64,000 bases of DNA from Candidatus Fermentimicrarchaeum limneticum (GCA_013426015.1 CP058998.1:920142-984141); one strand, 5' to 3'. Counted from the first letter of the stretch, positions 51,354-62,058 are shown. Notes: a model not told the origin generated them from the sequence alone. Numbers and translations are program-made.

Positions 51354-52106
51354 GTGGAGATTACTTTTCTGGGAACAAGGGGATGGTATTCCAAGAAAGG
51401 GCAGACCTCCTGCATCTTGGTGGAGACGAAAGGGGGCAACTACCTTCTGGATGCGGGGACAGGCATATACTGGATAAACGAAATACTGGATTTTAGGAAG
51501 CCCACGTGCCTTCTGCTCTCCCACTTCCATCTGGACCATATTCTTGGGATAACAACGTTCCAAAAAACCTTCAAAGGAAAGGAGATCACGATATACGGAG
51601 AAAAAGGGGTGAAGAAAGCAGTCGACAGGATAATGAGAAAGCCCTTCTACCCATACTACTTCGACTCTGCCCTTTTTGACTTCAAGGTTAGGTTCAAGGA
51701 GCTGAAGAGAGAGCAGGAGATACTCGATTCAACCATAAAGACGGCGCACCTCTCCCATTCGGATCCGGTGCTTGGAATAAGAATTGAAAATGGCGGAAGG
51801 AGCTTCGTTTACGCAACTGACACCCTGCCCTGCAAAGCAACTTCCAAGCTTGCAAGGAACTGCGACGTGCTTGTCCACGAAACGTATTTCTCCGACCAAG
51901 ACTTGAAGAATGTGAAAATAAACACAGGGCACTCCTCACCGAAAGGGGCTGCGAGGATTGCTCTTGAGGCGAATGCAGGGAAGCTATTCCTCTTCCACAT
52001 AAATCCAGAATATGATAATGAGACAATCTCAAGGATGGTGAGGGATGCGAGAGGAGTTTTTAAGAACACCTTCGCGTCAAAAGATTTCATGAAGCTGAAG
52101 CTGTGA
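51354..52106 (+). CDS. metallo-beta-lactamase-fold hydrolase (RNase Z-like)
   Basis: 250 aa. Contains LLLSHFHLDHILG and later H/D ligands. The GTG start lies 15 nt after tRNA-Lys. The RNase Z assignment itself is tentative. Confidence 0.6.
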   Translation: MEITFLGTRGWYSKKGQTSCILVETKGGNYLLDAGTGIYWINEILDFRKPTCLLLSHFHLDHILGITTFQKTFKGKEITIYGEKGVKKAVDRIMRKPFYPYYFDSALFDFKVRFKELKREQEILDSTIKTAHLSHSDPVLGIRIENGGRSFVYATDTLPCKATSKLARNCDVLVHETYFSDQDLKNVKINTGHSSPKGAARIALEANAGKLFLFHINPEYDNETISRMVRDARGVFKNTFASKDFMKLKL

Positions 52107-52110
52107 TTGC

Positions 52111-53637
52111 ATGGAGAAGGAACCTAGGCACTGGGTTGAAATCCTCAGTGACAGGATTGTCGCAGAGAAGGAGGAGCCTTACATAATAACCTCCGGCATA
52201 ACAACCAGCGGCAGCCTGCATGTCGGTACTCTCTGTGAGTTCCTCTTCTCATCCGCAATAGAACGATACCTGAAAGATAAAGGCTACCAGACCGAGTTTC
52301 ATTTCATAGCAGACATATACGATGCATTCGACGCGGTGCCAATCAACCTGATGAAATACGAAAAACAACTCACCCCGCATCTTGGAAAGCCGCTCTGCAA
52401 TGTTCCTGACCCAGAGGGATGCCACGAATCATACGGCGAGCACTTCTTCAGCGAGGCAATAGATGTCATGAAGATTCTAGAGGTCTCCCCAAAGCTGGAA
52501 AGGGCGAACCAGCTTTATTCAGAAGGGAGATTCGACTCTCTTGCGAAATTCTTCCTGAAAAACCACGAGGAGGCGAAGAAGGCTGTTTCCGAGTCTTCCC
52601 TGAAGCAGGAGCTTCCCGCAGAATGGAATGCATCAATGCCAGTGTGCCAGAACTGCGGCAGGATTGCGACCACAGTTGTGACCGAATTTGATGAGAACTC
52701 CTATTCCTACAAGGATACAAGGGATGTGGGTTACACGAAAGGATGCGGCTATGAAGGCGAGAACAAGCTCTCAGAGCACAAATACAAGCTCACCTGGAGG
52801 CTGCACTGGCCGTCCTGGATGGAGGTGTTCCACACATCTGTCGAAGGTGCAGGGGTTGACCACCACACAAGGGGAGGCTCGTGGGACACCGCGCTTGCGG
52901 TTTACAAAGACCTGTTCAAAAAAGAGCCGCCGATCGGCTACAAGTTCGGCTTCATCCTCCTAAAAGGAAAGAAGTACTCCAAGTCAAAAGGCATAGGTCT
53001 GGGTGTTACAGACATACTGGACTTAATCCCGCCAGAACTGATAAAATACACCTTGTTCAGGCCAGACATACAAGAGAACAAGGACATCGACCCGACCGGA
53101 TATAACTTGATGAGGGCGTTTGACGATTACGCCTATGCATCAAGAATTGACATATCAGGCAAGGAAGTCAGCCGGGCGGACAGGAAGAAGGCAATTGCAT
53201 TCTCCCTCTCAACAGATAGGATGAAATGGAAGGCTTCGTTTGCAGACCTGCTGATGTACAAGCAGCTCTACGGCGACTGGAGGAAGGTGGGCGAGCTGCT
53301 CCAAGATTCTGAGGGAGTGGAATACCTCAAACCATACGTCGAGAAGTGGATTGCAGAGGAGTTCGCCCCTGAGGAGTATGTCTTCTCCTTCCAGCCGACG
53401 AAGCAGAGCGATATGGCGTTGGTGAAGGAATTTGCAGGCAGGCTTCAGGATGCTATGAAAGCAATTGAAATACACAACCTCGTCTTTGAATTCGCAAGGG
53501 AGAAGGGAGTCAAGCCGGAGGACTTGTTCATGCAGCTCTACAGAGTGCTTCTCAACAAGGAGAAAGGCCCTCGCATGGGTAAGCTTATAGAGGCCATTGG
53601 AGTAAACAGAGTCAGGAGGACTATCGAGGGAATGTGA
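52111..53637 (+). CDS. lysK: lysyl-tRNA synthetase, class I
   Basis: 508 aa. It has the HIGH-type TSGITTSGSLHVGTLCEF, the KMSKS-type KYSKSKG, and the Cys cluster CQNCG. Confidence 0.88.
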   Translation: MEKEPRHWVEILSDRIVAEKEEPYIITSGITTSGSLHVGTLCEFLFSSAIERYLKDKGYQTEFHFIADIYDAFDAVPINLMKYEKQLTPHLGKPLCNVPDPEGCHESYGEHFFSEAIDVMKILEVSPKLERANQLYSEGRFDSLAKFFLKNHEEAKKAVSESSLKQELPAEWNASMPVCQNCGRIATTVVTEFDENSYSYKDTRDVGYTKGCGYEGENKLSEHKYKLTWRLHWPSWMEVFHTSVEGAGVDHHTRGGSWDTALAVYKDLFKKEPPIGYKFGFILLKGKKYSKSKGIGLGVTDILDLIPPELIKYTLFRPDIQENKDIDPTGYNLMRAFDDYAYASRIDISGKEVSRADRKKAIAFSLSTDRMKWKASFADLLMYKQLYGDWRKVGELLQDSEGVEYLKPYVEKWIAEEFAPEEYVFSFQPTKQSDMALVKEFAGRLQDAMKAIEIHNLVFEFAREKGVKPEDLFMQLYRVLLNKEKGPRMGKLIEAIGVNRVRRTIEGM

Positions 53638-54629
53638 TGGACATAACGGAGTACATTGCATCGCGCGGTTCTGAGGTTGACAGGGAGATAGAGAAGGTCA
53701 TTCCCCGTAACAAGGAGCCCCAGGCAGTCTACGGAGTGATATGGGATCTGCTGGGCAGGGGAGGCAAGAGGTTCAGGCCTGTCATGTGTATGCTATCCTG
53801 CGAGGCGGTGGGAGGCGACTCGAAAAAGCTGCTTCCCATAGCGGCGTCAATTGAGATGTTCCACAACTTCACGCTTTCGCATGACGACATTGAGGACGAT
53901 TCCGAGATGAGGAGGGGGAAGCCCTGCCTGCACAAAATATACGGTGTGCCGCTTGCGGTAAACGCCGGCGATGGCTTATTTGCAATGGTATGGGAGACCT
54001 CCTTGCTGCTGGAAATGTCGCCCAAGAAAATTTTCGAGTCGCAGAAGATCCTCTCCGATACATTCAGAAGGGTGCTGGAGGGGCAGGGCATAGAGATAGA
54101 ATGGTACAGGAAGAACACCTTTGATGTCACGGAAGAGGATTACCTCAACATGGTTGCAGGCAAGACCGGTGCGTTGATTGCCGCATCATGCGACGTCGGC
54201 GCCTTCCTTGGCGGGGGAAAGAAGAGGCAGAGGAGGATACTGAGGGAGTTCGGCAATGCAGTGGGAATAGCCTTCCAGATTCAGGACGATGTTCTGAACA
54301 TAGTCGGGAAGGAGGAGAAATACGGGAAGGAGATAGGCGGCGACATAAGTGAGGGAAAGAGGACGCTGCTTGTCATACATACCCTAAGCAAAGCATCCCC
54401 AGAAGACCGGAAAAAGCTCATCTCAATTCTTTCCGAGAGGACAAAGGACCAGTCAAAAGTGCGGGAAGCAATAGAACTGCTGAAGAAGCACAACTCTCCG
54501 GAATACGCAAGGAAGAGGGCAGAAGACATTGTGAAGAAAGCAAAGAAGGGACTGGAGAAGCTGCCTCAGACGGACGCAAGGGAGAAGCTGCTGCAGCTTG
54601 CGGACTTCTTCATAAACAGGGAATTTTAG
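53634..54629 (+). CDS. idsA: polyprenyl (geranylgeranyl) diphosphate synthase
   Basis: 331 aa. FARM is LSHDDIEDDSEMRRGKP and SARM is FQIQDDVLN. Product chain length cannot be inferred. Confidence 0.85.
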   Translation: MMDITEYIASRGSEVDREIEKVIPRNKEPQAVYGVIWDLLGRGGKRFRPVMCMLSCEAVGGDSKKLLPIAASIEMFHNFTLSHDDIEDDSEMRRGKPCLHKIYGVPLAVNAGDGLFAMVWETSLLLEMSPKKIFESQKILSDTFRRVLEGQGIEIEWYRKNTFDVTEEDYLNMVAGKTGALIAASCDVGAFLGGGKKRQRRILREFGNAVGIAFQIQDDVLNIVGKEEKYGKEIGGDISEGKRTLLVIHTLSKASPEDRKKLISILSERTKDQSKVREAIELLKKHNSPEYARKRAEDIVKKAKKGLEKLPQTDAREKLLQLADFFINREF

Positions 54630-55714
54630 CCAATAGTCTTCTTGAATTTGTCAAAGAAATACTTAGAGTCCAGCGGGCCCGGGTTTGCCTCTGGGTGATA
54701 CTGGACTGAGAAGACAGGAAGTTCCTTGTGCCTCATACCCTCAACCGTCCCGTCATTGCAGTTTCTGTGCGTGACGATAAACTCTTTCGGCAGGCTCCTC
54801 TCGTCAACTGCATATCCATGGTTCTGGCTTGTTATGTAAACCCTTCCGCTTTCCAGATCCTTCACAGGATGATTGCTCCCCCTGTGGCCGAACTTCAGCT
54901 TGAATGTTCTGCCTCCAACCGCATGGGCAATTACCTGATGGCCTAAACATATCCCGAATACGGGGAGCCTTTCCGCAAGCTCCCTGACAGTTTTTGCAAG
55001 GTATGTAAGAAGCATTGGGTCCCCCGGACCGTTTGAAACAACAATCCCGTCAGGTTCCATTGCAAGAATCTCCTTCGCAGCTATCCTCGGAGGAACGCTT
55101 ACAACCGAGAGATCCCTCTCCACCAGCTCCCTCACTATGCTCATCTTCACCCCGCAGTCAATAAGGGCAACTTTTTTACCGCCGGCTTTGTATTCCTTCC
55201 TCTCCCTTGAGGCGACACGCTCAACAAAATCAATTTTTGAATAATCCAATCCTTTTGCTCGGTCAAGCAGCTCCCCGTAATCCGGCTCCCTGCCGGAATA
55301 CACAGAAAGGCATGCAGGCATCACCCCCGCATTCCTTATCCTCCTCACAATCATTCTTGTGTCAACATCACTGATTCCCGGAATGTTGAAGCGTGTCAGG
55401 AATTCATCCAACTTCTCTTTTGATTTCATGTGCTGGGGCTCTCCGCAGACCTCCCTTACGACAAAACCCATCACCTGAATCCTCCCAGACTCAAAATCCT
55501 CGCTGTTCACTCCGTAGTTTCCAATCAATGGATATGTAAGGGTGAGAATCTGCCCTGCGTATGAGGGGTCTGTAAGCGCCTCCTGGTAGCCGCAGAAGCT
55601 GGTGTTGAAGACCAGCTCGCCTTCTGAAACCGCCTCCGCCCCGAAACCCTTTCCGCGGAAGCAGGAGCCGTCACGCAGCACCAGCAGGGCTTTCTTCTCA
55701 GGCATGGCGAACAC
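54626..55714 (-). CDS. carA: carbamoyl-phosphate synthase small (glutaminase) subunit
   Basis: 362 aa. Contains GICLGHQ and SVQYHPEA. Confidence 0.92.
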   Translation of the reverse strand: MFAMPEKKALLVLRDGSCFRGKGFGAEAVSEGELVFNTSFCGYQEALTDPSYAGQILTLTYPLIGNYGVNSEDFESGRIQVMGFVVREVCGEPQHMKSKEKLDEFLTRFNIPGISDVDTRMIVRRIRNAGVMPACLSVYSGREPDYGELLDRAKGLDYSKIDFVERVASRERKEYKAGGKKVALIDCGVKMSIVRELVERDLSVVSVPPRIAAKEILAMEPDGIVVSNGPGDPMLLTYLAKTVRELAERLPVFGICLGHQVIAHAVGGRTFKLKFGHRGSNHPVKDLESGRVYITSQNHGYAVDERSLPKEFIVTHRNCNDGTVEGMRHKELPVFSVQYHPEANPGPLDSKYFFDKFKKTIG

Positions 55715-58700
55715 CCTTAATCTTCGAAGTGTAGTATCTCAACGGCTCAATCGTCAGCTCGTTCCTCTTTACGCATTCAATCGCCTCTGCAATCCCAAAA
55801 GCAGCCTCAATGCTCGTTATACAAGGTATGTTTGCCTCAATTGCAGACCTTCTTATCTTGAAGCCATCAGTCAGCGAATCCTTTCCTTTCTTCGGGGTGT
55901 TCACCACCAGGCTGATTCTCCCGCCGAGAATCTCCGTCCTTATGTTCGGCTCACCCTCGCTGACCTTCTTGACAACCTCCGCGGAATCCCCTATTGCCTT
56001 TGCAGTCCCTTCGGTTGCAACAAGCTCAAATCCTAGGCTTCTGAACCTCTCAGCCAGCTTCCTTGCGTGCTTCCTGTCCTCAGGCCTCAGGCTCAGCGCA
56101 ATCCTGCCTTTTGTGTAAACATCCAGGTTCGCCCCAAGCAGTGCCTTGTAGTAAGCCCTGCCGAAATCCCTGTCTATCCCCATGCTCTCCCCCGTGCTTT
56201 TCATCTCAGGTCCAAGCACGAAATCTGTGCCGGGAAGCTTCAGGAACGGGAAAACAACGCTCTTCACTGCATAGTAGGGAAGCTTTGGCGTGTCAAGCAG
56301 TCCATACTCCCCCAGCTCATGGCCAAGCGCAATTTTCGTCGCAATCTTCGCGAGAGGTATCCCTGTCGCCTTGCTCAGGTATGGCACTGTCCTGCTCGCT
56401 CTGGGGTTTGCCTCAAGCACGAAAACCCTCTCTCCCTGCACCGCGAACTGAATGTTTATCGCTCCGATATTGTTAAGGGCTGATGAAATCCTTCTTGAGT
56501 AGCCAACAATCTTCTTTTGAATCTTCCTACTAAGCTTCACCGGGGGAGTCACGCAGCTCGCATCCCCGGAATGGACGCCCGCCTTCTCAACGTGCTCCAT
56601 CATCCCTCCGATGAACAGTCTTTTCCTGTCAGAAATCCCATCAATCTCGCATTCAATCGCATCCTCAACGTATTTGTCAATCAGCACAGGTCTTTTCTCC
56701 GAAACGTCAACAGCCTCGTGGATATACCTGTTCAACTCCTCAGCGTTGTAGACAATCTGCATGCCCCTTCCAGCAATCACATAGCTCGGCCTCACAACTA
56801 CCGGGTAGCCTATCCTCTCGGCAACCTCAAACGCAACCTCAAAGCTTCTTGCAGTCCCATTCCTAGGCTGCGGAATTTCAAGTTCCTTCAGCAGCTTCCT
56901 GAACCTCTCCCTGTCCTCTGCAATGTCTATCCCCTCAACTCCTGTGCCAAGAATTCTGACTCCCTGCTCGGCAAGCGGCATTGCCAAGTTAATGCTGGTC
57001 TGCCCCCCGAACTGCACTATCACGCCGTCAGGCTCCTCCCTCTCGATTACGTTCATCACATCCTCGAATGCCAATGGTTCAAAGTACAGCTTGTCGCTTG
57101 CGTCAAAGTCAGTGCTAACCGTCTCAGGGTTGTTGTTAATCATTATCGACTGAACCTTCTCCTCCCTCAATGCGAAGGAGGCGTGGCAGCAGCAGTAGTC
57201 AAACTCTATTCCCTGCCCGATTCTTATTGGACCTGCGCCTATCACAATCACTTTCCTCACTCCCTGTGGATTCGCCTCGTCCTCCTGCTCGTAGGTTGAA
57301 TAATAGTAAGGAGTTGACGCCTCGAACTCTGCAGCGCATGTGTCGACGATCTTGTAAACAGGTTTTATCCCTGCAGCCTTCCTGCCTCTCCTCACCTCAA
57401 TTTCCCGAGAGCCAATCAGCTCCGCAATCTGCCTGTCCGAGAAGCCGTATTTCTTTGCTTCTGCAAGGACTTCATCCTTGTAAATTCCCTTTCCAGCCTT
57501 CCTTATCTCCTCCTCCATCTCACAGATGTTCCTAATCTTTCTTATGAACCAAGGATTGATCCCTGAAAGCTCCGCAATCCTTTCAGGCTTCACACCATGC
57601 TTCAGTGCCGCGTATATTGCAAAAAGCCTCAAATCTGTCGGCTTCTCTATATGCTCAAGAATCTCTTTCAAATCCTTGAACCTGCAGTCTGCCAGGCTGC
57701 TCTTCTTCACCTCCCAGCTCCTCACTGCCTTCTGTAAAGCTTCCTCAAAATTCCTCCCTATTGCCATAACCTCCCCTGTGCTCTTCATCTGCGTCCCTAT
57801 CCTCCTGTCAGCTTCCGGCATCTTGTCAAACGGCCAGCGGGGGATTTTAACGACAACATAATCAAGCGCAGGCTCGAAGCTTGCAGGAGTTTTCTTCGTT
57901 ATCGCATTGGGGATTTCATCCAAAGTGTAACCCAACGCAATCTTCGCGGCAACCCTTGCGATGGGGTATCCTGTTGCCTTGCTTGCAAGTGCAGAACTCC
58001 TTGAAAGCCTTGGGTTGACCTCGATAACGTAATACTCCCCAGTCTGCTGGTTCAATGCAAATTGTATGTTGCATCCTCCCTCTATGTTCAGTGCGTTTAT
58101 TATTTTCAGGGAGGCGCTCCTCAGCATCTGGTGGTCGTCATTTGAAAGGGTCTGGGAAGGAGCAACAACAATGCTCTCGCCTGTGTGGATGCCCATCGGG
58201 TCGATGTTCTCCATGTTGCATATCGTTATGCAGTTCCCCCTTCCATCCCTCATAACCTCGTACTCGAATTCCCCCCAGCCGATGACGCTTTCCTCAATCA
58301 ACACCTGCCCTATCCTGCTCAGCCGCATCCCGAACTTCATTCTCTCAACTAGCTCATCCTCGCTGCGGGCCACCCCTCCGCCCGTCCCTCCGAGTGTGTA
58401 TGCCGGCCTAAGGATAAGCGGGTAGCTGTGCGTTCTTGCGAACCCAACCGCCTCCTCAACGCTGTTTGCTGCAACGCTGTCCAGCGCAGGCTCCCCTATC
58501 CTGTTCATCAGCTCTGAGAACTTGCCCCTCTCCGATGCAGTCTCTATAGCATCCACCCCTGTCCCCAGCACCTCCACATCAAACTGCTTCAGGAAGCCCC
58601 TCTCGTAGAGCTGCATCGTCAGATTCAGGCCGGTCTGCCCGCCCATCGTGCCTATTATGCCGTCGGGCTTCTCCTTCTCAACAATCTTCGCAAGCACTCC

Positions 58701-58913
58701 AGGCCTGAGCGGCTCTATGTAAACAACATCCGCAATTTCGTAGTCGGTCTGTATTGTGGCGGGGTTGGAGTTGACCAATACGACCTCAACCCCCTCCTCC
58801 CTAAGCGAGGTGCATGCCTGGGAGCCGGAATAGTCAAACTCAGCGGCCTGTCCTATCACGATGGGACCGCTCCCTATGACAAGCACCTTTTTCAGCTCTT
58901 TTCTCCTTGGCAT
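55698..58913 (-). CDS. carB: carbamoyl-phosphate synthase large subunit
   Basis: 1071 aa. It has two ATP-grasp halves (IGQAAEFDYSGSQA and IGQGIEFDYCCCHA) and a C-terminal MGS-like domain. Confidence 0.95.
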   Translation of the reverse strand: MPRRKELKKVLVIGSGPIVIGQAAEFDYSGSQACTSLREEGVEVVLVNSNPATIQTDYEIADVVYIEPLRPGVLAKIVEKEKPDGIIGTMGGQTGLNLTMQLYERGFLKQFDVEVLGTGVDAIETASERGKFSELMNRIGEPALDSVAANSVEEAVGFARTHSYPLILRPAYTLGGTGGGVARSEDELVERMKFGMRLSRIGQVLIEESVIGWGEFEYEVMRDGRGNCITICNMENIDPMGIHTGESIVVAPSQTLSNDDHQMLRSASLKIINALNIEGGCNIQFALNQQTGEYYVIEVNPRLSRSSALASKATGYPIARVAAKIALGYTLDEIPNAITKKTPASFEPALDYVVVKIPRWPFDKMPEADRRIGTQMKSTGEVMAIGRNFEEALQKAVRSWEVKKSSLADCRFKDLKEILEHIEKPTDLRLFAIYAALKHGVKPERIAELSGINPWFIRKIRNICEMEEEIRKAGKGIYKDEVLAEAKKYGFSDRQIAELIGSREIEVRRGRKAAGIKPVYKIVDTCAAEFEASTPYYYSTYEQEDEANPQGVRKVIVIGAGPIRIGQGIEFDYCCCHASFALREEKVQSIMINNNPETVSTDFDASDKLYFEPLAFEDVMNVIEREEPDGVIVQFGGQTSINLAMPLAEQGVRILGTGVEGIDIAEDRERFRKLLKELEIPQPRNGTARSFEVAFEVAERIGYPVVVRPSYVIAGRGMQIVYNAEELNRYIHEAVDVSEKRPVLIDKYVEDAIECEIDGISDRKRLFIGGMMEHVEKAGVHSGDASCVTPPVKLSRKIQKKIVGYSRRISSALNNIGAINIQFAVQGERVFVLEANPRASRTVPYLSKATGIPLAKIATKIALGHELGEYGLLDTPKLPYYAVKSVVFPFLKLPGTDFVLGPEMKSTGESMGIDRDFGRAYYKALLGANLDVYTKGRIALSLRPEDRKHARKLAERFRSLGFELVATEGTAKAIGDSAEVVKKVSEGEPNIRTEILGGRISLVVNTPKKGKDSLTDGFKIRRSAIEANIPCITSIEAAFGIAEAIECVKRNELTIEPLRYYTSKIKGVRHA

Positions 58914-59082
58914 CTATCCACCTAGAACGGAGCTTCCGCTGGATTCAAAGTTAAATGGGATACGCCTCGCCAGAACCGGAATCCATCTGCCTGCCTGCAA
59001 AAAACCCACCAGAAATTTGAATGCTTCTCTTTTTAAACCTTGCTAGCTTCTGCTATGCAAAACTGCATTTGAGAATAAGGAA

Positions 59083-60420
59083 TTACTTTTTTGCAGGGTA
59101 CTTAGCCAGAAACTCTGAAATCACTTGCTCTATCCCGTAGCTTCCCTTCTCCTTCAGCTCGTACCTTGCCCTCACCATCGGCTTGTCAACAACGAGCACC
59201 CTTCTCAGGTCAATCGGGGTTGCAGACAGCACCGTATCGCAGTCCGCCGCGTTAATAGTCGCCTCAAGCTCCTTGACCTGCTTCCTCCCGTACCCCATTG
59301 CAGGAAGCACGTTGCTCAGGTGGGAGTATTTCTGGAACGTCTTCTTTATTGACCCGACCGCATATGGTCTTGGGTCAATTATCTCCTTCGCCCCAATCCT
59401 CTTCGCGACAACAAACCCTGCACCGTATTTCATTTCACCGTGAGTCACTGTGGGTCCATCCTCAATTACGAGCACTCTCTTCCCCTTCACCATGCTCGGG
59501 TTGTCCACGGTGATTTCTGAATCCGCCTCAATTATCTTTGCGTGGGGGTTCAGCATCTTAACATTATCTTTCACAAGCTCGATATTCTTCTTCTCAGCGC
59601 TGTCCACCTTGTTTATCACAACAACATCGGCAAGCCTCACGTTTGTTTCACCAGGATAGTAGAGCAGCTCATGCCCCGCCCTGTGGGGGTCTGCCACAAC
59701 TATGCTCAGGTCAGGCTTTATGAAGCTCGTATCATTGTTCCCCCCATCCCAAACAATCACGTCAGCTTCTTTCTCTGCTTCTCTCAGAATCTTCTCATAA
59801 TCCACCCCTGCAAAAACAACCGTGCCATTGTCTATGTGCGGCTCGTACTCCTCCCTCTCTTCAATTGTCGTCTTGTGCTTGTCCAGATCCTTGTACGTCT
59901 CGAACCTCTGCCAGGTCTGCTCCTTCAAATCACCATATGGCATGGGATGCCTTATGGCAACAGCCCTCAACCCCTTCTGCTTCAGCACTTTACATACCTT
60001 CCTAGAAGTCTGGCTCTTGCCACTGCCTGTCCTGACTGCGCACACTGAAATAACAGGCTTTGTTGACCTCAGGTAAGTTCTCTCAACCCCGATAATCTTG
60101 AAATCCGCTCCTGCTGCGTTGGCTATGCTGGCCTTGTGCATCACAGTAACGTAATTCAGGTCACTGTAAGCCAAATCAACCTGCTCAACTTTGTTTTTCT
60201 TTATCAAATCCGTAAGCTCGCTCTCGGCGTAAATGGGAATCCCCTTCGGGTAGTTCTTCCCCGCCAGCTCGGGAGGGTAAATCCTACCTTCAATATCCGG
60301 TATCTGTGCAGCTGTGAAAGCCACAACCTCATACCTGTCGTCATTCCTGTACAGCAAATTGAAGTTGTGGAAATCGCGGCCCGCAGCCCCGACGATAATG
60401 ACTTTGGTCTTCTTCTCCAT
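59083..60420 (-). CDS. COG2403-type predicted GTPase (cyclic 2,3-diphosphoglycerate-synthetase-like family)
   Basis: It has the MEKKTKVIIVGAAGRDFHNFN N-terminus and the P-loop AVRTGSGKSQTS. The start is placed at Met31 of the track ORF, which leaves an 88-nt divergent intergenic region. Confidence 0.55.
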   Translation of the reverse strand: MEKKTKVIIVGAAGRDFHNFNLLYRNDDRYEVVAFTAAQIPDIEGRIYPPELAGKNYPKGIPIYAESELTDLIKKNKVEQVDLAYSDLNYVTVMHKASIANAAGADFKIIGVERTYLRSTKPVISVCAVRTGSGKSQTSRKVCKVLKQKGLRAVAIRHPMPYGDLKEQTWQRFETYKDLDKHKTTIEEREEYEPHIDNGTVVFAGVDYEKILREAEKEADVIVWDGGNNDTSFIKPDLSIVVADPHRAGHELLYYPGETNVRLADVVVINKVDSAEKKNIELVKDNVKMLNPHAKIIEADSEITVDNPSMVKGKRVLVIEDGPTVTHGEMKYGAGFVVAKRIGAKEIIDPRPYAVGSIKKTFQKYSHLSNVLPAMGYGRKQVKELEATINAADCDTVLSATPIDLRRVLVVDKPMVRARYELKEKGSYGIEQVISEFLAKYPAKK

Positions 60421-60508
60421 AAACTCACCGAATATCTTTATGCCGTAAAAGTTAATAACTCTTCCCAGACTGAAACGCATATTAACTCCGGATGAGAAAA
60501 AAATAAGC

Positions 60509-61612
60509 ATGGAGAAAGAGCTACAGCCGAATAAGCCAATGAAGGATGCACTAGCCAGCTACGGACCCAAAACAGAGCACGCATTGGCATCAAGGCTTGG
60601 CGAGAAAAGGCTGGAGCTCCATGGGGCAGCTGCGAAAATCATAAATGCCGATAATAAGGATTTGACGATTTTTTACCCTGCGTCTGGTCCAGATGTTGCG
60701 AATGTGCTGCCATCAACGCACGCAACCAAGATAATACTAGCAGATAAAGACCAGCACACATCGAACATAATAAAAGAAATAAAGGATATTGGGGGAAGCA
60801 TCCAAAAAGTATCCTATTCAGGGAATAAAAGTGAGATAGATTTCGAATGGGAGGGGAAGAGCAGGAAAGTCATTTTCTACCACCTTGAGATTGACAAGAA
60901 CTCTATTGACAAGCTGATGGGAGAAGTTGGGCATTATGATGTGTACTTTGAGAAGAAATCCCAGGATCTTGGCAGTCCCGAAATCCTGGAGAAGTTCATG
61001 GGCAATCTTAAGAATGGAGGTCATGCAGTCCTGGATTATGATGCTGACAATCACATAGGACTTGAGAAAGAGCCGCTTGACAAGAAGTATGATGGAGAAG
61101 ATTACTGGTATGGTCATCACAGGATGAAAATATACCGCAAACAAAGGAACGTGCGGGGCATGGGGCTAAGGCTGAACCTAAATAGGACATTATCTGATGC
61201 GGAATACACGCGAAATGGGGGGTATATTGGAATAGACGAGAAAGCTTACGAACCTACATTTAAGGTCTACAGGCAGCAACTGATGGAATTGAAGAATGTA
61301 TTTGATGCAATTCAAGCTGAGAGCAAGGAAGAACTGCAGGAAAAAGTGAGTATTAAAGCAGAGATTATAGAACGGCTTTACAAGGCGAAGGGCGATATGT
61401 CAATGGTTTTGGATTCCCCTGAGAACCTACAGAAGCAATTAAAACATCTAATTCAAATGAGAGCAATTTCAGCCGAGTCGCACGAGATTTTTGCGGAAAG
61501 AATCAGAGAGGCGTACAACTCTCCTGACAGGCCAACAGAGCAACAGCTCGAGAAATTTATAGAAGATGGAAGAAAAATCTTCAGAGAAGTCTTCATTGAT
61601 TGGGTTGTTTAG
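60509..61612 (+). CDS. hypothetical protein (possible Rossmann-like N-terminal half)
   Basis: 367-aa ORF. LTIFYPASGPD...ILADKD...NLKNGGHAVL is faintly methyltransferase-like. The C-terminal half is helical. Confidence 0.4.
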   Translation: MEKELQPNKPMKDALASYGPKTEHALASRLGEKRLELHGAAAKIINADNKDLTIFYPASGPDVANVLPSTHATKIILADKDQHTSNIIKEIKDIGGSIQKVSYSGNKSEIDFEWEGKSRKVIFYHLEIDKNSIDKLMGEVGHYDVYFEKKSQDLGSPEILEKFMGNLKNGGHAVLDYDADNHIGLEKEPLDKKYDGEDYWYGHHRMKIYRKQRNVRGMGLRLNLNRTLSDAEYTRNGGYIGIDEKAYEPTFKVYRQQLMELKNVFDAIQAESKEELQEKVSIKAEIIERLYKAKGDMSMVLDSPENLQKQLKHLIQMRAISAESHEIFAERIREAYNSPDRPTEQQLEKFIEDGRKIFREVFIDWVV

Positions 61613-62049
61613 GCAGGCCCCTGCTTATCAGATTTCTCAGGTTTCTTTTTCTTCTCCTTCCCCTCAGGCGCCATCTCCACCCTCACTCTTGGCAACTGCA
61701 TAGGCGGAGTCAGTCTTACGGGCTGAACAACAAACGTGCCGTTCACCCCGCAGGTGTAGTTTATCGTGTTGAGCACAACCTCGGCGAAGTCCTCAGGAAG
61801 CTTCTTTGACTTCTTCCACATTTCCTCAATCTCCTTCGCCTTGTTCTTCTCCTCGCTTGCGTAAAGCACCCCCATCATCTTGAGTTTGCCTATTTTATCC
61901 AAGTAATCCACGATGAACGTGTACTGAATTGTTATCTCATCCCCTCTCACAGCCACATCATCCACTCCTATGTTTATGCTCAGACCTTCCACTGGACCCT
62001 CCTTGTCTCTCTTTGCCTCGGCATAGACAATCTTTCCACCCGTTATCAT
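61609..62049 (-). CDS. hypothetical protein with a Lys-rich C-terminal tail
   Basis: 146-aa ORF with no recognisable motif. Confidence 0.4.
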   Translation of the reverse strand: MITGGKIVYAEAKRDKEGPVEGLSINIGVDDVAVRGDEITIQYTFIVDYLDKIGKLKMMGVLYASEEKNKAKEIEEMWKKSKKLPEDFAEVVLNTINYTCGVNGTFVVQPVRLTPPMQLPRVRVEMAPEGKEKKKKPEKSDKQGPA

Positions 62050-62058
62050 TTTCTCACC

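Noticed and set aside
56517-57299. A 260-aa plus-strand ORF, together with similar long antisense ORFs inside carB, polB, the thermosome gene and the pyrD/pyrK region.
   Set aside because: In each case the opposite strand encodes a protein with unambiguous family motifs. The antisense translations are low-complexity and lack motifs.
60421-60510. A 30-codon N-terminal extension of the COG2403-type gene that overlaps the divergent gene start.
   Set aside because: The conserved family N-terminus (MEKKTKVIIVGAAGRDFHNFN) begins at the internal Met. The extension would eliminate the divergent promoter region.
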